From the NCBI GenBank assembly GCA_003971905.1, contig RSEE01000060.1:124001-188000 (forward strand): a DNA stretch of 64,000 bases, in the 5' to 3' direction. The DNA comes from Moniliella sp. 'wahieum'. Lineage: Eukaryota. Made by a program: the position numbers and the translations under genes. The notes under the pieces were generated by a model. The model was not told where the DNA came from. It was given only the letters and a program-made list of their open reading frames with translations, and ran no database searches. Positions within the stretch are counted from its first letter, which is position 1. Each line of letters begins with the position of its first letter. Shown piece by piece: positions 46,371-59,574 of this stretch.

Positions 46371-49300
46371 ATAACATTGGCCCTCTCTCCTAATAGCTTA
46401 TGCTCTGACTTTGCTGTTGCTCTCTATAAGTTTTTGTGTTGCCCTGTGCATTTGCATCCTGTGAATATACCCATATCACGTTATCTACACGTCCCTTCTG
46501 TTATGTACCTTTTCTTCCGTCTCTTCTCGCCCTTCGTTTCATCCCACATGCTCATATTCCACTGAGTTGCACGGGATATAGTACAATCTGTCTTTCATTT
46601 CCAGCACAGCGGTCCCTATTCCCAAACGGTGACAACCATATGTATGCGCATGCCTTATGCCTCTTCTCTATCCCTCTCCCTTCTCTCTTTTTATTATACG
46701 CGAGGAGACACCGGGCTAGGCGGGCCGGTCAGCTGGGGATTCGCCCCAGCTTGGTGCTGCTCACCACCGTCGCACCGCACACCACATCGCCACCGTCACC
46801 ACCATCGCCACCGTAGCCACCGTCGCCACCGTTCCCCCGAGATAATGTCACGAACGCTGGTGTAGGTGCGCAAAAAGGGATTGCAGCATATATGCCGGGG
46901 GATGTTCATGATGGACGCCGGGATGATGTATTGAGTGATTGACCCAGGGTAGTTGGGCCATTTGAGGCTTGGGCTTCGGGATCCATGAGCCAGAGCTGCG
47001 CATAGCGAGGTCCATTCCAGTGTTGTTCCGGCGGTGCGGGTCCGGGTTGCGGTCATGGTACGTGGCAGGATAAATTAAGGGTCCAACTGCAGTATAAGTG
47101 GTGCCATGAAGGACCAAAGAATACACTCTCCAACAGTGTTTGCCAAGGGATGTCGTATTTGGCAATCCATGAGGTGAGAAGGCCATCAACGTTCCATTGT
47201 ACATACGTTTTTGGACAACTCTTCTGTGGCTCGACGGAAGCCGTAACGGATGCGTCCAAAAAGTTTGGACAGGGGCGGGCATGGCTTAGGATTGGGAATG
47301 TTCACCTTGCCTACATGCTGAGCGTTAGAAGAGCAGGGCAGAAAAGAGGAAGATGAACACACCTTGGCTGCAGCGTAGAAAGAACGGGGATTTGATTGGG
47401 ACGAATTATAAACACGTTCTTCTGCAAACATGTAAGCGTTGGAGTAACGGCATATATGATCTTCCCAATGACAATTTGAGCGTGTTGGAAGTTCTCACCC
47501 ACAATAGGAATAACGCATCGGCCTCGATCCACAGGCTGGATAATTGACGGCCACACCGAAAGGCATGACGGCCCAGGGCACAACCCAATGCATGGCCATT
47601 GGAGACACAATTGGGATAGTGTCTCCCTCAGAGAGAGACCTGGACCCTGGTCCTCACGAGCCAGCCTGCCCTTTGGTGCTTCCCAAAGAGCGAGATACTT
47701 GCGCACAAGCTTCGTTAGTCAACGTACTGCCGAGCTGTTAGTCAATGTACCGACCAGCCTGCTCTCTGGTGCTTCCCTCAGAGAGACTCTTGCAGCCTTT
47801 CCTCATGCGTGGTTTGAACGAGTCGCTTTTTTAGGCGTAGCTTTTCCCTGTCCCAGCCTTAAGCTCTGTGAATGATATGGATGCAGTATGGAGATGTAGC
47901 TGTATTGATACAAACGCCTTGAGGATAATTCAATCCCATCTTTCCCCTTTGCCAAATGAATCCATCTGGCATACTATACCGGTCTGTTCAACAACAGGGT
48001 TTGATTCTTGCCTTCCTTTTTCTCCTTGGATCGATGAGGGAAAACAGGTCAGAAGAGGGGGGAGAATGATCCAAACATACATAGAGCGCGATGAGTCAAT
48101 GACAGAGGGTGGTGCGGATGGTGCACGGTAGGACTGATGCTCGATCAAGTACCCTGCCGACTGACGTGGCGCAACAGCGGGTGACGCCATCAGCAAACCG
48201 TATCCAACGGCGAAGGGAGCTGCACATGGGGCAATGAGACCGTCACCGCCCCCGGCCTTGGCCGCGGTTCAGGTCCTGGTCCTGTTCCTGGTTCTGGCTC
48301 CGTCCCGGCTCCCCCACAGTAGTACCTAACAAGAGGCCGTCCCCCCGCGACTCACCCACTCACCCACCTCGCCACCACCTCATTCGCCCCCATCTTCACC
48401 GCGCCCCAGGCAGCTTGGGCTTTGAGTCCTTCCCCCCCCCCGGCTGGAAAGAGTTGAGGTCAATGAGATACGCCTGTAGCTACCAGAAAGTCAACAGCGG
48501 GGTCCAACGAAAGTACCGTGACCGACATGATGCAAGAGCCCTTGACCGTGCTTCCGAATGGGACGACACGAACGCACTTGCTTTCTTCGCCCCGCCTTCT
48601 TCACCTGGAGATGTCCCTCTGGCGCGGTAATACTACACTCACAACATCATCATATGCCAGTGGATGAGGCCGAGGGCGGAACGTGGGATGAGGGTGGGCG
48701 TCCAAGTAGATGCACGGTACCTTTTGGTACAAGAACCCATAGTACTCATGCGAAAGCGACCGAAACTACTCCAAGCAGGGGCGACTCTGTACCCGGGTAT
48801 GCGCCAACGACTTGGTGGGAGGCAGTAAGAAAAGCGGTGTAAGCGCCGGGTATGACGCATAACGCGTCCTGAGATTCAACGGAATAGACAGTTCAATGCA
48901 ATGCATTCTGTTGCCACGTTACCCACCGGTGCCTTGCCTGATTCGTAGATGTGAAAGCTAGACCTTAGAGTTGCAGCGCACAGACCAGCAGGCCACGTGT
49001 TCACTCCTGTCCCACTGCTCGTTCTGTCCTCTTCGCCATCACTCTCCTTCCCCCCCTTCCCCTTCTAGTTCTTGCTCACCTCGTTACTTGATTATTACTC
49101 GCTGATCGTCTGTGGTTTAGAGACTAGGTGTCTCCAGTCAGAGCCTTCACGCGTCCCTACAATTCCCTGGTATATTTCAGTCACTAGTCGCAGCCGCCTG
49201 TTTTGGCCTTGGAGCCAGCCAGTACCGTTGAGCCAACATGAGCTCACCCGCTGTACCACTTACTCCTGACTCTGTGACGCCTGAAGACCTGATTAATGGG

Positions 49301-49437
49301 ATTCCAATCGCTAGCCGTGGTCTACCTTGGGCTCCACCGCCGCTACTTTCCTCGTGTTAGAGCCAACGCACAGTTTGGTTGTCTCCCCGTTCCCTCCCCC
49401 AAGTCATTATATTGTCGGCATAGCAACGCGCGCCTGC

Positions 49438-50617
49438 TCAAAAGTTCTTGATGACCGCGTCGGTGAATTGCTGCGTGGTGGCTGTGCCGCCCATGTCGGG
49501 CGTGCCAATGCGGTTCTCCGAGATGACCTTGTACAGCGAGTTGGCAATCGAGTTGGCCTGGGCGTTGAGACCAAGGTGGCGCAGCATCATCGTCGACGAA
49601 AGCAGCATCGCCGTCGGGTTGGCCTTGCCTGTGCCCTCAATGTCCTTGGCCACGTGCCGGCAGCCCGGCTCGTATAGCGCGTATTCCCGCCCAATGTTGG
49701 CGCCTGGGATCACACCGGGCCCGCCTACCAGCGCAGCACCAATGTTGGAAACAATGTTGCCGTACAAGTTGGGGGTGACGACCACGTCAAACTGCTGCGG
49801 GTTGCTGACCAGCTGCATGGACGTGTTGTCGACAATCATCGCGTTGTGCGTAATGCCAGCGTGGGTGTACTCCTTGGCCACGTCGTTAAAGGTACGAGGA
49901 AGAGACCGTCACCGAGCTTCATAATGTTGGCCTTGTGCACGCACGTCACCTTTTTGCGGCCGTTGCGCACAGCAAAGTCAAATGCGAAGCGGGCATCCGC
50001 TCAGCCTTGGCGCGCGTCGAGACCTTGAGCGACTCGACGACACCAGGGTAGGACTGGTGCTCAAGCCCCGAGTACTCGCCCTCGGTGTTCTCGCGAATAA
50101 TGACAAAGTCCACGTTGGGTGGCGCGTGGGGTGGCCGGGCAGGTCTTGCAAATGACCATGGAGGCGTAAATGTCGAGCTGCTGGCGCAAGGCCACGTTCC
50201 ACGAGTTGTGGCTGCCGGCCTCGATGGGGGTGTAGAAGATGCCTGGGGATGGGGTTAGTACGGCAGGGGCAGGCGCTGCAGTGCAGGGGGGAGGCGTACC
50301 CTTGAGGCCGACCTTGTTGCGCTGGAGCGACTGCATGGCATCCTGGAACAGGGCCTCGCTGCCGTGGGTCTCGCCCGAGACGTCGAACTCCTCCCACTCG
50401 ACGGGGACGTTGATGGACTCGAAGACCTGCTTGACAGAGTGGGTGACCTCCTTGCCAATGCCGTCGCCGGGCAGAGGGTGACGACGGACGCCGCCGTACT
50501 TCTTGGGAGGGCGGCGACGTCGTCGAGGCTGAGGGTGGACATGGCGCGGGCCGCGAGGCGCGGGGCGGGGGCGGCGCGGAGGGCGCGGGCAAGACCGAGG
50601 CTGCGCGGGAGGGCCAT
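49438..50617 (-). CDS. IDH1: mitochondrial NAD-dependent isocitrate dehydrogenase, regulatory subunit 1
   Basis: Presequence [16 protein letters not shown]..., [16 protein letters not shown] across intron 50243-50299, [65 protein letters not shown], and EPGCRHV (regulatory-subunit type). Confidence 0.94.
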
Positions 50618-51144
50618 GGCGGGGGGGGGGGGGTGGAGGGAGGGGAAGGAGAAGCGCAGTGCGGGTGTGTTTTGATTTGTTTTTGGGATTGGATTTGGCC
50701 AGGCGTCGTCGGGGGGGCTGCTGGCTCTGCTGGCTGGGCTGCCGTCGTCGGGCTGGGCCGGGAAGACGGGGGGGACGCCTGCATCGAACTCAGTGCGTGC
50801 CAGCGCAGCAGGCAGCGCGCCAGTGTTGCCTGGTCTGCCAGGAGGCAACCCTAGCGCTGTGCTGCATGCTGGCGGTGCGCCCCGCTTGGATGGCAGCGCT
50901 GGCGCCGTGCGAGCGTTGGGGTCAGTGCAGCGGTGCATCTGGGCAGTATGCCTGCCTTCTGCTGGCCAGCTGTCCTTCGTTTCTAACCCCCCGACAGCAA
51001 CCCATTTTAACCCAGCCCAGGCAGCCCAGGCCAGTCACCACCCGCTGCCCAAGGCCACAGCCCCAGCCCCACTCTGCCCTCTTTCCGGCCTGCCGCGCCT
51101 CTCTCTTCCTGTCCTGCTGCCCCACCACCCCCTGCTCTAGCCCC
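50618..51144. promoter_or_regulatory. putative bidirectional promoter between IDH1 and IDH2
   Basis: 527 bp between two divergent ATGs, with C-rich leaders on each outward-facing strand. Confidence 0.6.
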
Positions 51145-52289
51145 ATGCTTGCCCTCCCCGCCCTCCGCACGGGCCTCGGCGCCGCCTCCCTCCGCCCTGC
51201 CCTCGCCCGCGCCGCCGCCCCCACCCTCGCCCGTGGCCTGCAAACCCCCGCCGGCGGCGTCACCACCGCGTACGCCAAGCAGCCCGAGGCCGACGGCAAG
51301 TACCTCGTCACCCTTGTTCCTGGCGACGGCATTGGCCCGAGGTCGCCGACGCCGTCAAGAACATCTACCACGCCGCCGACGTGCCCATCAAGTGGGAGGA
51401 GGGAGGTGACGCCCTACATCAACGAGCACGGCAAGTCCACCATCCCTGCCGACGCTGTCAAGAGCATTCGTCAAAACACCGTCGCCCTCAAGGGCCCGCT
51501 CGCCACGCCCATCGGCAAGGGCCACGTCTCGCTCAACCTGACGCTGCGCCGGACGTTCAAGTTGTATGCCAATGTGCGTCCGTGCCGCTCGATCGAGGGC
51601 TTCAAGACGGCCTACGACAATGTCAACACGGTTCTCATTCGGGAAAAACCGAGGGCGAGTACTCGGGCATTGAGCACGAGATTGTGGATGGGGTGGTGCA
51701 GTCCATCAAGCTGATCACACTCGAGGCGTCGGAACGTGTGGCCGGTACGCGTTCCACCATGCGCAGCAGAGCGGGCGGAAGCGGGTGACGGCAGTGCACA
51801 AGGCCAACATTATGCGCATGTCGACGGCATGTTCCTCCACGCCTGCCGCTCCGTCGCCAAGGAGTACCCAGACATTGCGTACGACGAGGACCTGCTGGAC
51901 CGCGCCTGCTTGCGGATCGTGCAGGACCCGGCACCCTACTCGGACCGCGTGATGGTGATGCCCAACCTGTACGGTGACATTTTGTCCGACATGTGCGCCG
52001 GTCTGATTGGTGGCCTGGGGCTCACGCCCTCGGGCAACATTGGGTACGATGCCAGCATCTTTGAAGCGGTGCATGGCTCGGCCCCGGACATCCAGGGCAT
52101 GGACAGGCCAACCCGACGGCGCTGCTGCTGTCGTCGATTATGATGCTGCGTCACATGAGCCTCTTCGACAAGGCCGACAAGATCGAGGCCGCTGTCTTCA
52201 AGGCCATTGCCGAGGGCCAACGCACCGGCGACTTGGGCGGCAAGCTTGGCACGCGTGCCTTTACCGACGAGATCATCAAGCGCCTCTAA
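51145..52289 (+). CDS. IDH2: mitochondrial NAD-dependent isocitrate dehydrogenase, catalytic subunit 2
   Basis: [10 protein letters not shown] presequence, [75 protein letters not shown], and [11 protein letters not shown] (catalytic type). Confidence 0.95.
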
Positions 52290-53006
52290 GAGGACAGTCT
52301 CGTGATTCTGTGCTTTGTAGACCAAGCGGAACGCTATGAAAACGATTCGATCGGCAAGCCGGCTGGTATGCTATCTATCCCACGTCCCTTCCCTGGTGGC
52401 TAAAAGTGTGATAGATATAATTAGGGCATGAAGCCATGAAAAGATGCCGGGATGTGGTTTGGTGGTAGTAGCGGAGACGACGGAGGGAGCTATGATGGTT
52501 CTGGCCACGGACCTGACACATTTCTCTGTTTGGTTGCGTAGTTGCAGATGGTGTGTCGCAGTCATTCAGCCTCCCTGGGGCGTCCAACGTGGTGACGGGT
52601 GGGCCAACGACGTTGTTCTGCTCAAGCTCGTGGTTGGAGAGCAAGCGACGCGAGGTGGTCGCTGGGGAGGCGTCCGAGGCAGTGGCAGCGCATCAACCAT
52701 CGGTGGATCTGCCTCAGCCGGGCTGGCCTGCCTGCCTTCTACTACTATACACAGAGCAGGCAGGACGCATTCAGCATCATTGTCATGCATGTTCCTCCGG
52801 GGCCGCACGGGGACTGTCCTGCCGTCCCCCACGTCGGAGCGGACACTGCCCCCGGCGTGCATGCTAGCACACGATCATCCATCAGTCCTCCGTAACACTC
52901 AATCCTAGGCGCGGGGGTCTACTTTGCGTCCCTATAACGAACACCTGAGCTACGCCTCGCCCTCCTGCCACCCGCCTCGCCTCCTGCACCCCCGCCATCC
53001 CCGCCC

Positions 53007-56000
53007 ATGTCCACCCCCAAGGGGAAGCTGTATGCACAACAACTCAACCAGGCGCGGATGCGCGGAGATGGGTATTATGACGCCGACCAAGACCGCTCCA
53101 GCACCCCTCTACCCCCCTCATCCGCGCCTGCCTCGTCCGATCAAGGCAACGGCTGGTGGGTCGAAAGAGGACCGGTTGGGCCGCTTCGCCAGCGGGACAG
53201 TTCCTGAGCTGGTACGCAAGTACGCCAAGCACAATCCCTGCGACACTGTTGTGGCGCAAGTGGCGGTGGCCGAGTACGAGCTACGGAGTTTCCTACGTGT
53301 CTACTGGGCCAGCCAGCATGGGATGGCCCACAGCCACGCAGGGATGGTGGCTGACGGTGCGCGTACCGACGGTCGTACACCTACCCCTGCTGTTTCTCTC
53401 CCACTGTGCCCCCCACGGGATCGGGGCTCGGGTGGGACGCGAAGCAGTACGCATGTATCGTAACCAACCTCGAGTGGTTGCACAAGAGGACCGTGGGTAC
53501 GACGCAGCACTACCCACCACAGCGCTGTTGGCCTATGCGTATCTGAATGCCGGTCGGGACGAGGCGGTGGTGAGGGTGGTGCACGATGCACAGCTGATCG
53601 AGGCAGCGGAGTTGACGGACCCGTCTTATACGCGGTCCATGCCGAAGAAGATTACGATGTGGTGCTTCTCCTGTTTGGCTTTGTAGTCTATGGCCAAGCC
53701 AACGAACGCATGCACCTCCGTCACCCCTCGGTGGGATACCGTCCATTCTGCTTGGCTGGGTACACAAGGCGATTGAGTTGTACACCCGTGTGCGTCGTAC
53801 CGACTGTCATCGAGCCCGGTGGACGAGTTGGACCGGTGGGCCGAGGTGGCGCTGTACCGGACCGCGCTCCTGACCGTGGCGAAGCACCGACGACGGAGGA
53901 CGTGCAACTGGGGCTCAATGCACTGCGAGCTTACCAGGCCAAAGCGACCTCTTGGCCCATCACTTTCCGTCCCACCCAGCGCGCCATCATCTACCGCACC
54001 TACCTCGACGTTCTTAATCGTACCGTCGTGCAGCACTCTTATCTCTCGCCCCCCCTGCCCCCGGAACCTGGACAACACGACCCCCGCTCACTACTCTACC
54101 AGATCAACGTGATCCACACCCTTGCGGCAAGCGTACCGTTGCGGGCGAACAGCGCAGCCAGCAGTTACGGCCGGGATGAGGCACCAACGCTCTCGCTTGG
54201 TTGTATGGGACCAACTGCTCATACCGTGGTCAGTCGCACCGTTTCGACTCGCAGGCCCCACCCCTACCGCACCCTACGTCCTGCCCTGCCCGTGTGGACT
54301 GAAGAGATCTACGCAGTGATCCATGTTCTTCCTCTCGTCCTTGAGCATGTCAAGAGCTTCCCATTGGCGGGGGAGACCAACGTGCTTGCTCTTGAGCTGG
54401 CCAAAGCGATGATGGTCTCGTGGAAGCTCAGTGGACAAAAAGGTGACGCGGTAGCAGACACTGTGGTAAAGGTACCGTACTATCACCCCCCCCGCCACAT
54501 ACACAGCTGAAATCACAAAGACTTCGTACTGATCCGTGGTGTCTAGGCCCTCTATGCCTTGACGTGCCTCACATTTGGCTCGCACTTGGTCGCCCGCAGT
54601 CTGGTTGAGGCCTTGATGGTAGCAGAGCAATACGAAGAGGCAGAGCGAGCGTTGCGCTTGTACGTCGAGCTGGTGGACAAGGCTCGGGAACAGGTCAAGG
54701 CCGAAACCAAAGATGGCATGGCGGCAAGAAGGAGATTGGGCAATATGTGGAACCCCAGGAGAGCCCACTGAGGGAGCGACATGCATTGTCGACGATCGGG
54801 ATGACAGCGCGACGTATGCCCGTATGCTGATCTACGGCGCGCGGCTGCTGGGAAGTATCGGCGCAAGCACCGCGATGCAGACCAGTTGGCGCGTCGAGCT
54901 GTAGAAGTAGTACTCGTACCGTCCGATGATGGGATGATGATACCTGCGTTTCCCAACCGAGTGAAACGGAGGAGGTGCAGCTGAGCTGTGCCCAGCTCGT
55001 GGGTTTGGTCAAGCGTGGAGCCGGAATTGCCCGGCTGGCTCTCGCCACCACACTTGCCCAGCCCTCTGGGCGTGAAAGGCTGCAACAGGAAGCATTGGTG
55101 TTGCTCCTGGAATCGAGCCAAGCCGACCCACAAGCTGCCGAGACGTTCTACCATCTGGCATGGCTACAAACTCAATTGCACGACGTTCCTCGTGCCACAG
55201 CCTCGGTGCGCAAGGCAATCGAGTTGGAGCCGGCGTCAATAGAGTCTTGGCACCTTCTCGTGCTTCTGCTCTCCAGCACGAAGAACTATAAGGATGCTCT
55301 TCGGATCGCCATGGGTGCGCTGAAAGAGGCGGAAAAGGACGCGGAGCATGATCGGGAAGTGGCCCCTCGTCGTGGTGACCCGGGCTCTTCCTGGTGCTGA
55401 AGCGAACCTGGAAGAGGCGTACAACTACAACTACGGTCCGGAAGAAGTGGTGGAACTGCGTACCGAATTGTTGTCCTACGACTTCCCCCCTACCCGTCGG
55501 GACCATTCCGAATCCATGGTTCAACTGCACATCACCTGCAACGTCCTGCAAGAGCTTGTGGCGGGACCAGCAGCAGCGTTGGAAGGGCAAAAGGCGATGT
55601 TTGGTACTTCGGTACCCATGTATCCAGCCATGCCACTGATCAGCCGATGAAGGAGAGGGGCCACAACGGCCTCCCGCCGGCCAATACCCAGACCAATGTT
55701 TCCCCCCAATTGATTCCACCGCCCATCCATCTCTTGGGCACGTTCCTCCTGGTTCACACTTTCTTCGCTTCTCCATGGCAGAGTTGGCTTGGAAGCGGGT
55801 CCGTACCGTACCCGAACTGGTCTGGGACTGAGCGGAGTAAACATTGCTGCTCCCACGAGCGCCAGACTTGGACTTGCAAGGATTGGGAAGGAGATTGCCG
55901 CTGTTGCATCATCTCCCCCCCCTCCACCGGCTACTATTGTTAAGATGAAACGGACAAGGTAGCACAACAGGCCGAGAGCTGGCTCCCCCACGCAGGTGGC

Positions 56001-56737
56001 TCAGCTTGGGCTACAGTTCGTCGAACCCAGTATGCACAATGGGAATCTGGACTGCTGGCGCGTCTCTGGCTCCGGAGCGCAGTGACCTTCCGTCGGCCGG
56101 GCAGCTTGCCGAGTGTCGTGCGGCGATTCAGGAAGCCGAACGGGCCATGCCGGACTTGGCAGCGGTCTGGATCGAGTTGGGACTGTACCATGTAATGCAG
56201 AACAATCAGTGCACTCCAGCGATCCAATGTTTGTACAAGGCTTTAGCGTGTGACCGTGACTCGGTACCAGCCCGCGTCCATCTAGCTCGCTTGCACCTTT
56301 CTTTTCCCGAGGACAATGCCCCAAGCACGGCGGCAGATGCAACGCTCAAAGACTGGAAAGCGACTGTACCAGTCCGTTCCCTTGGGTCTTCGCTGCAAGA
56401 ACAGCAAGAACCCGTGCGGGGAGAGACGAGGAAAAGGTGATGAAACACGAGTCGACCATGCCAACCCTGCTGTCAGGCCCGAGTGTAGTAGGTTCTGTTT
56501 CGACCGAGAAAGAGAATCCGGGGTACACAACGTCGCTTTCGGTAGCTGAGGGCCTGCTCACGTGCACCACTGACGGGATGGGATGGGACGTACCCGAAGC
56601 CTGGCTTTACCTTGGCCATGTGGCCCGCCAAACCCGTCGTTCCGAACGTGCTGTCCAGTACCTCCAATATGCACTGTGGCTCGAACAGAGTACGCCTGTG
56701 CGCTGCCTGAACGAGCGGTGCCTTGTTCTCCATTTGA
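53007..56737 (+). CDS. Ypp1/TTC7-like TPR protein (PI4-kinase Stt4 complex scaffold family)
   Basis: MSTPKGKLYAQQLNQARMRG..., EAERALRLYVELVDKARE, TPR-like FYHLAWLQTQLHDVPRATASVRKAIELEPASIESWHLLVLLLSS, and C-terminal GWDVPEAWLYLG...YALWLEQSTPVR. Many frameshifts. Confidence 0.75.
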
Positions 56738-57393
56738 TCGCGCTTTCTCTCTGCTATACGCGTATCTCTCGACACACAATCAGCGTGTACAATGGATCTC
56801 ACCTTAGAATGCTTGCCCTTATAATTACTGCCCCCTACTGGTTCACCGTGTCAATCGCTCGCACGATGCCATTTCCATGCGCACTCCCCTCGCTGTCCGC
56901 TTTTTTACCTGCGTCTATAGCCGACTACGGCTGACCTGTCTTTCTCTTCAAGCTTCAAGCAATGGAATTCTTTGTAGTAGAGACACTATGACAACCGCGG
57001 GGCGGGAAGAACCTGTCTGCAGTGCTCAAAACGTCTGTCACCTGCAAATTAAGCGTGGCATCTTACTCTGTATGTGGAGAGGGAGAAAAGACCATTCGGG
57101 CCTCAAGGAAGATAGCCTACAATCATAGACTTCCTTGGAGCCTTCCTTCGATTGTGCTCCCGCGATTGGGGGATGAGGGGGACGAAAGTGCTCAACACGA
57201 CTATAGTATACCTCAGTGTCTTCCAGAGTATCCTATCTCGTTTTCTCTAAGCCCGGCGATAGACGTATTCTGCTGCATATGCAGCTTCTAATAGCTATAT
57301 CCTTCCTCTTTCCCCTTCCCTGCCTGCAAACTGGCGGTACCCGTGGAACACGCATAGATTCAAGGGACACGTATCCGAGGACGAGCGGTAGCG

Positions 57394-58889
57394 TTAGCGG
57401 TCCACCTCGCCGAACACCAAGTCCATGGTGCCAATGATGGCGACCATGTCTGCCACATCGTGGTGGCGGGCGATCATGTCGGCGCCGGCGAGATGGAGGA
57501 ATCCTGGGGCACGGATGCGGCACCGGTACGGCCGGTTGGTGCCGTCCGAGACAAGGTAGACACCCATCTCGCCCTTGGGCGCCTCGATCGCCGCATACGT
57601 TTCACCGGGCGGGACATTGAAGTTTTGGGAAAAGAACTTAAAGTGGTGGATCAGGCTCTCCATGCTTTCCTTCATGTTGGCCCGGGGGGGCGCGGTGAGC
57701 TTGTGGTCGTCGACCTTGACTTGGCCAGGTGGCATTTTGTTGATGCACTGTTCGATGATCCGCAGCGACTGCCGCATCTCCTCCACCCGGCACAGTATCG
57801 GTCAAAGCAATCGCCATTCTTCCCCACCGGCACCTCGAATTCCACCTCGCCAAACTTTTCGTATGGCTGGCTCTTGCGCAAGTCCCATGGGATCCCACTT
57901 CCGCGTAACATCGGTCCGCTAAAGCCATAGTTCAGTGCCTGGTCCGCGGTTACCCGACCAATGCCCACCGTCCGCAGCTGCCAGATCCGGTTGCCCGTCA
58001 CCACTTCTTCCACCTCGTCCAGGCGCGAGCTAAACTGGGACGCCCAGACATGAATGTCATCCAGCAAGCCGACCGGAAGGTCAAGGCGACGCCGCCTGGG
58101 CGGAAGTAAGCGGCGTGCAAGCGCGCGCCACAGACGCGCTCATAGAATTCCATGAGCTTCTCGCGTTCCTCAAACCCCACAAGAAGGGCGTGAGACCACC
58201 AACGTCCATCACATGGGACAGGACCGCCATCAAGTGATTGTTGAGGCGGGAAATTTCCGAGTAAGGGTCCGGATCCACTGCGCCCGCTCTGGCACCTCAA
58301 TGTTCAGTAGCTTCTCCACCGCCCGGACGTAGCACAGCTCATTGGTCATGGCCGAGGAGTAATCCAGACGATCAAAGTAAGGCATGGCTTGAGTATAGTT
58401 CTTGTACTCGATCAACTTCTCCGTGCCGCGGTGCAAGAGCCCAACGTGCGGGTCGGCACGCAGGATCTCCTCGCCATTGAGTTCGAGGATGAGACGCAAT
58501 ACGCCATGCGCAGCCGGGTGTTGAGGACCAAAGTTGATGGTAAAGTGGCGCATGTTGGCTTCCTTGCGCGAACTGGCCTCCTTGTAGATCGCGTTCGACA
58601 TTTCGATCGAGGCACGGAGAACAATGCGGTCGCCATATGGGTCATGGTCCACAGTGGTCGGGGTGGTGATGACAGGAATACGTTTATCGAAAAACCCATG
58701 CTCCAGACGATGCGGGTTGGCGCTCCCGGGCGGCACCTCGTATTTCGGCAGGGCTTCTTCGTCATTGGCCGCCCGGGCGGACGACGCGAGGCGGCGGACA
58801 GGAACGGCAGCGCGCCGCACCACGCTCGACCACGAAGGCGACGCGCACGCATGTGCACGCAGTGCGCTGGAGAAGAGCGAAGAGCGCAT
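57394..58889 (-). CDS. NDUFS2: NADH:ubiquinone oxidoreductase 49 kDa subunit, nuclear-encoded
   Basis: Presequence, then [59 protein letters not shown], and C-terminal [12 protein letters not shown]. Confidence 0.96.
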
Positions 58890-59574
58890 GGTCAGCAGCG
58901 GGGAACAGGAGACGCTGCAGAGACCGCTGGGCTCGGCGTCGCCGTCGTCGTCGTGGAGGAGAGCGGCGACGGGATGGGATGGGCGAGGAGGATGGACAGG
59001 TGAAATGTGCACTGCTCAGGCTGAGCGCTGACCGATCGATGATCCTCCCCGGCGCCTTCTGGCTTATTAATTCGGCCTGGGCCAGACAGGCCGCATGGCG
59101 CCAGTGCGGTGACGTGTGGGGTATATTGCTCCCCATCGACCATCCGTCGGCTGTGCGCACGTATATGGATTTAGGAGCGGTGGTATATAGTGTCTGCCCA
59201 TGATACACACGGCCAGCGGAGGCGTACTCGCTCGCATGTTGCCTGCACCCATGCTCTCATCTACCGGAGAACGATCCACGTCACACACGCGACTGCCGCA
59301 AGGCCGCATTCAAATTCAGAGGATATCCCATGATGTGCAAAGCGAGTCTAAAACATACAGGTTGGGCTAGGACCTTGTGTCAGCAGGCCTCTGCCAAAGA
59401 GTCCGTACAATAGCTGCCCGAGGTATACGCCAGAAGTTGGCAGGAGCAGCATGGAAAAGGCTATGGGAGCAGGTGAACCGCCAGGCTTGCCTCTCCCATC
59501 GCATCGGGCGCTAGAGGCGCGTTGGCCCACGTGCTTGATCGGGCGAGAAAAGGGTGTGTGTGTGTGCGGGGAGG

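Noticed and set aside
49438..58889. A wider mitochondrial/respiratory gene cluster (IDH1, IDH2, NDUFS2), or a splicing cluster (U2AF1, SF3B1)
   Set aside because: Unrelated genes intervene. Only the IDH1/IDH2 adjacency is tight enough to be meaningful.
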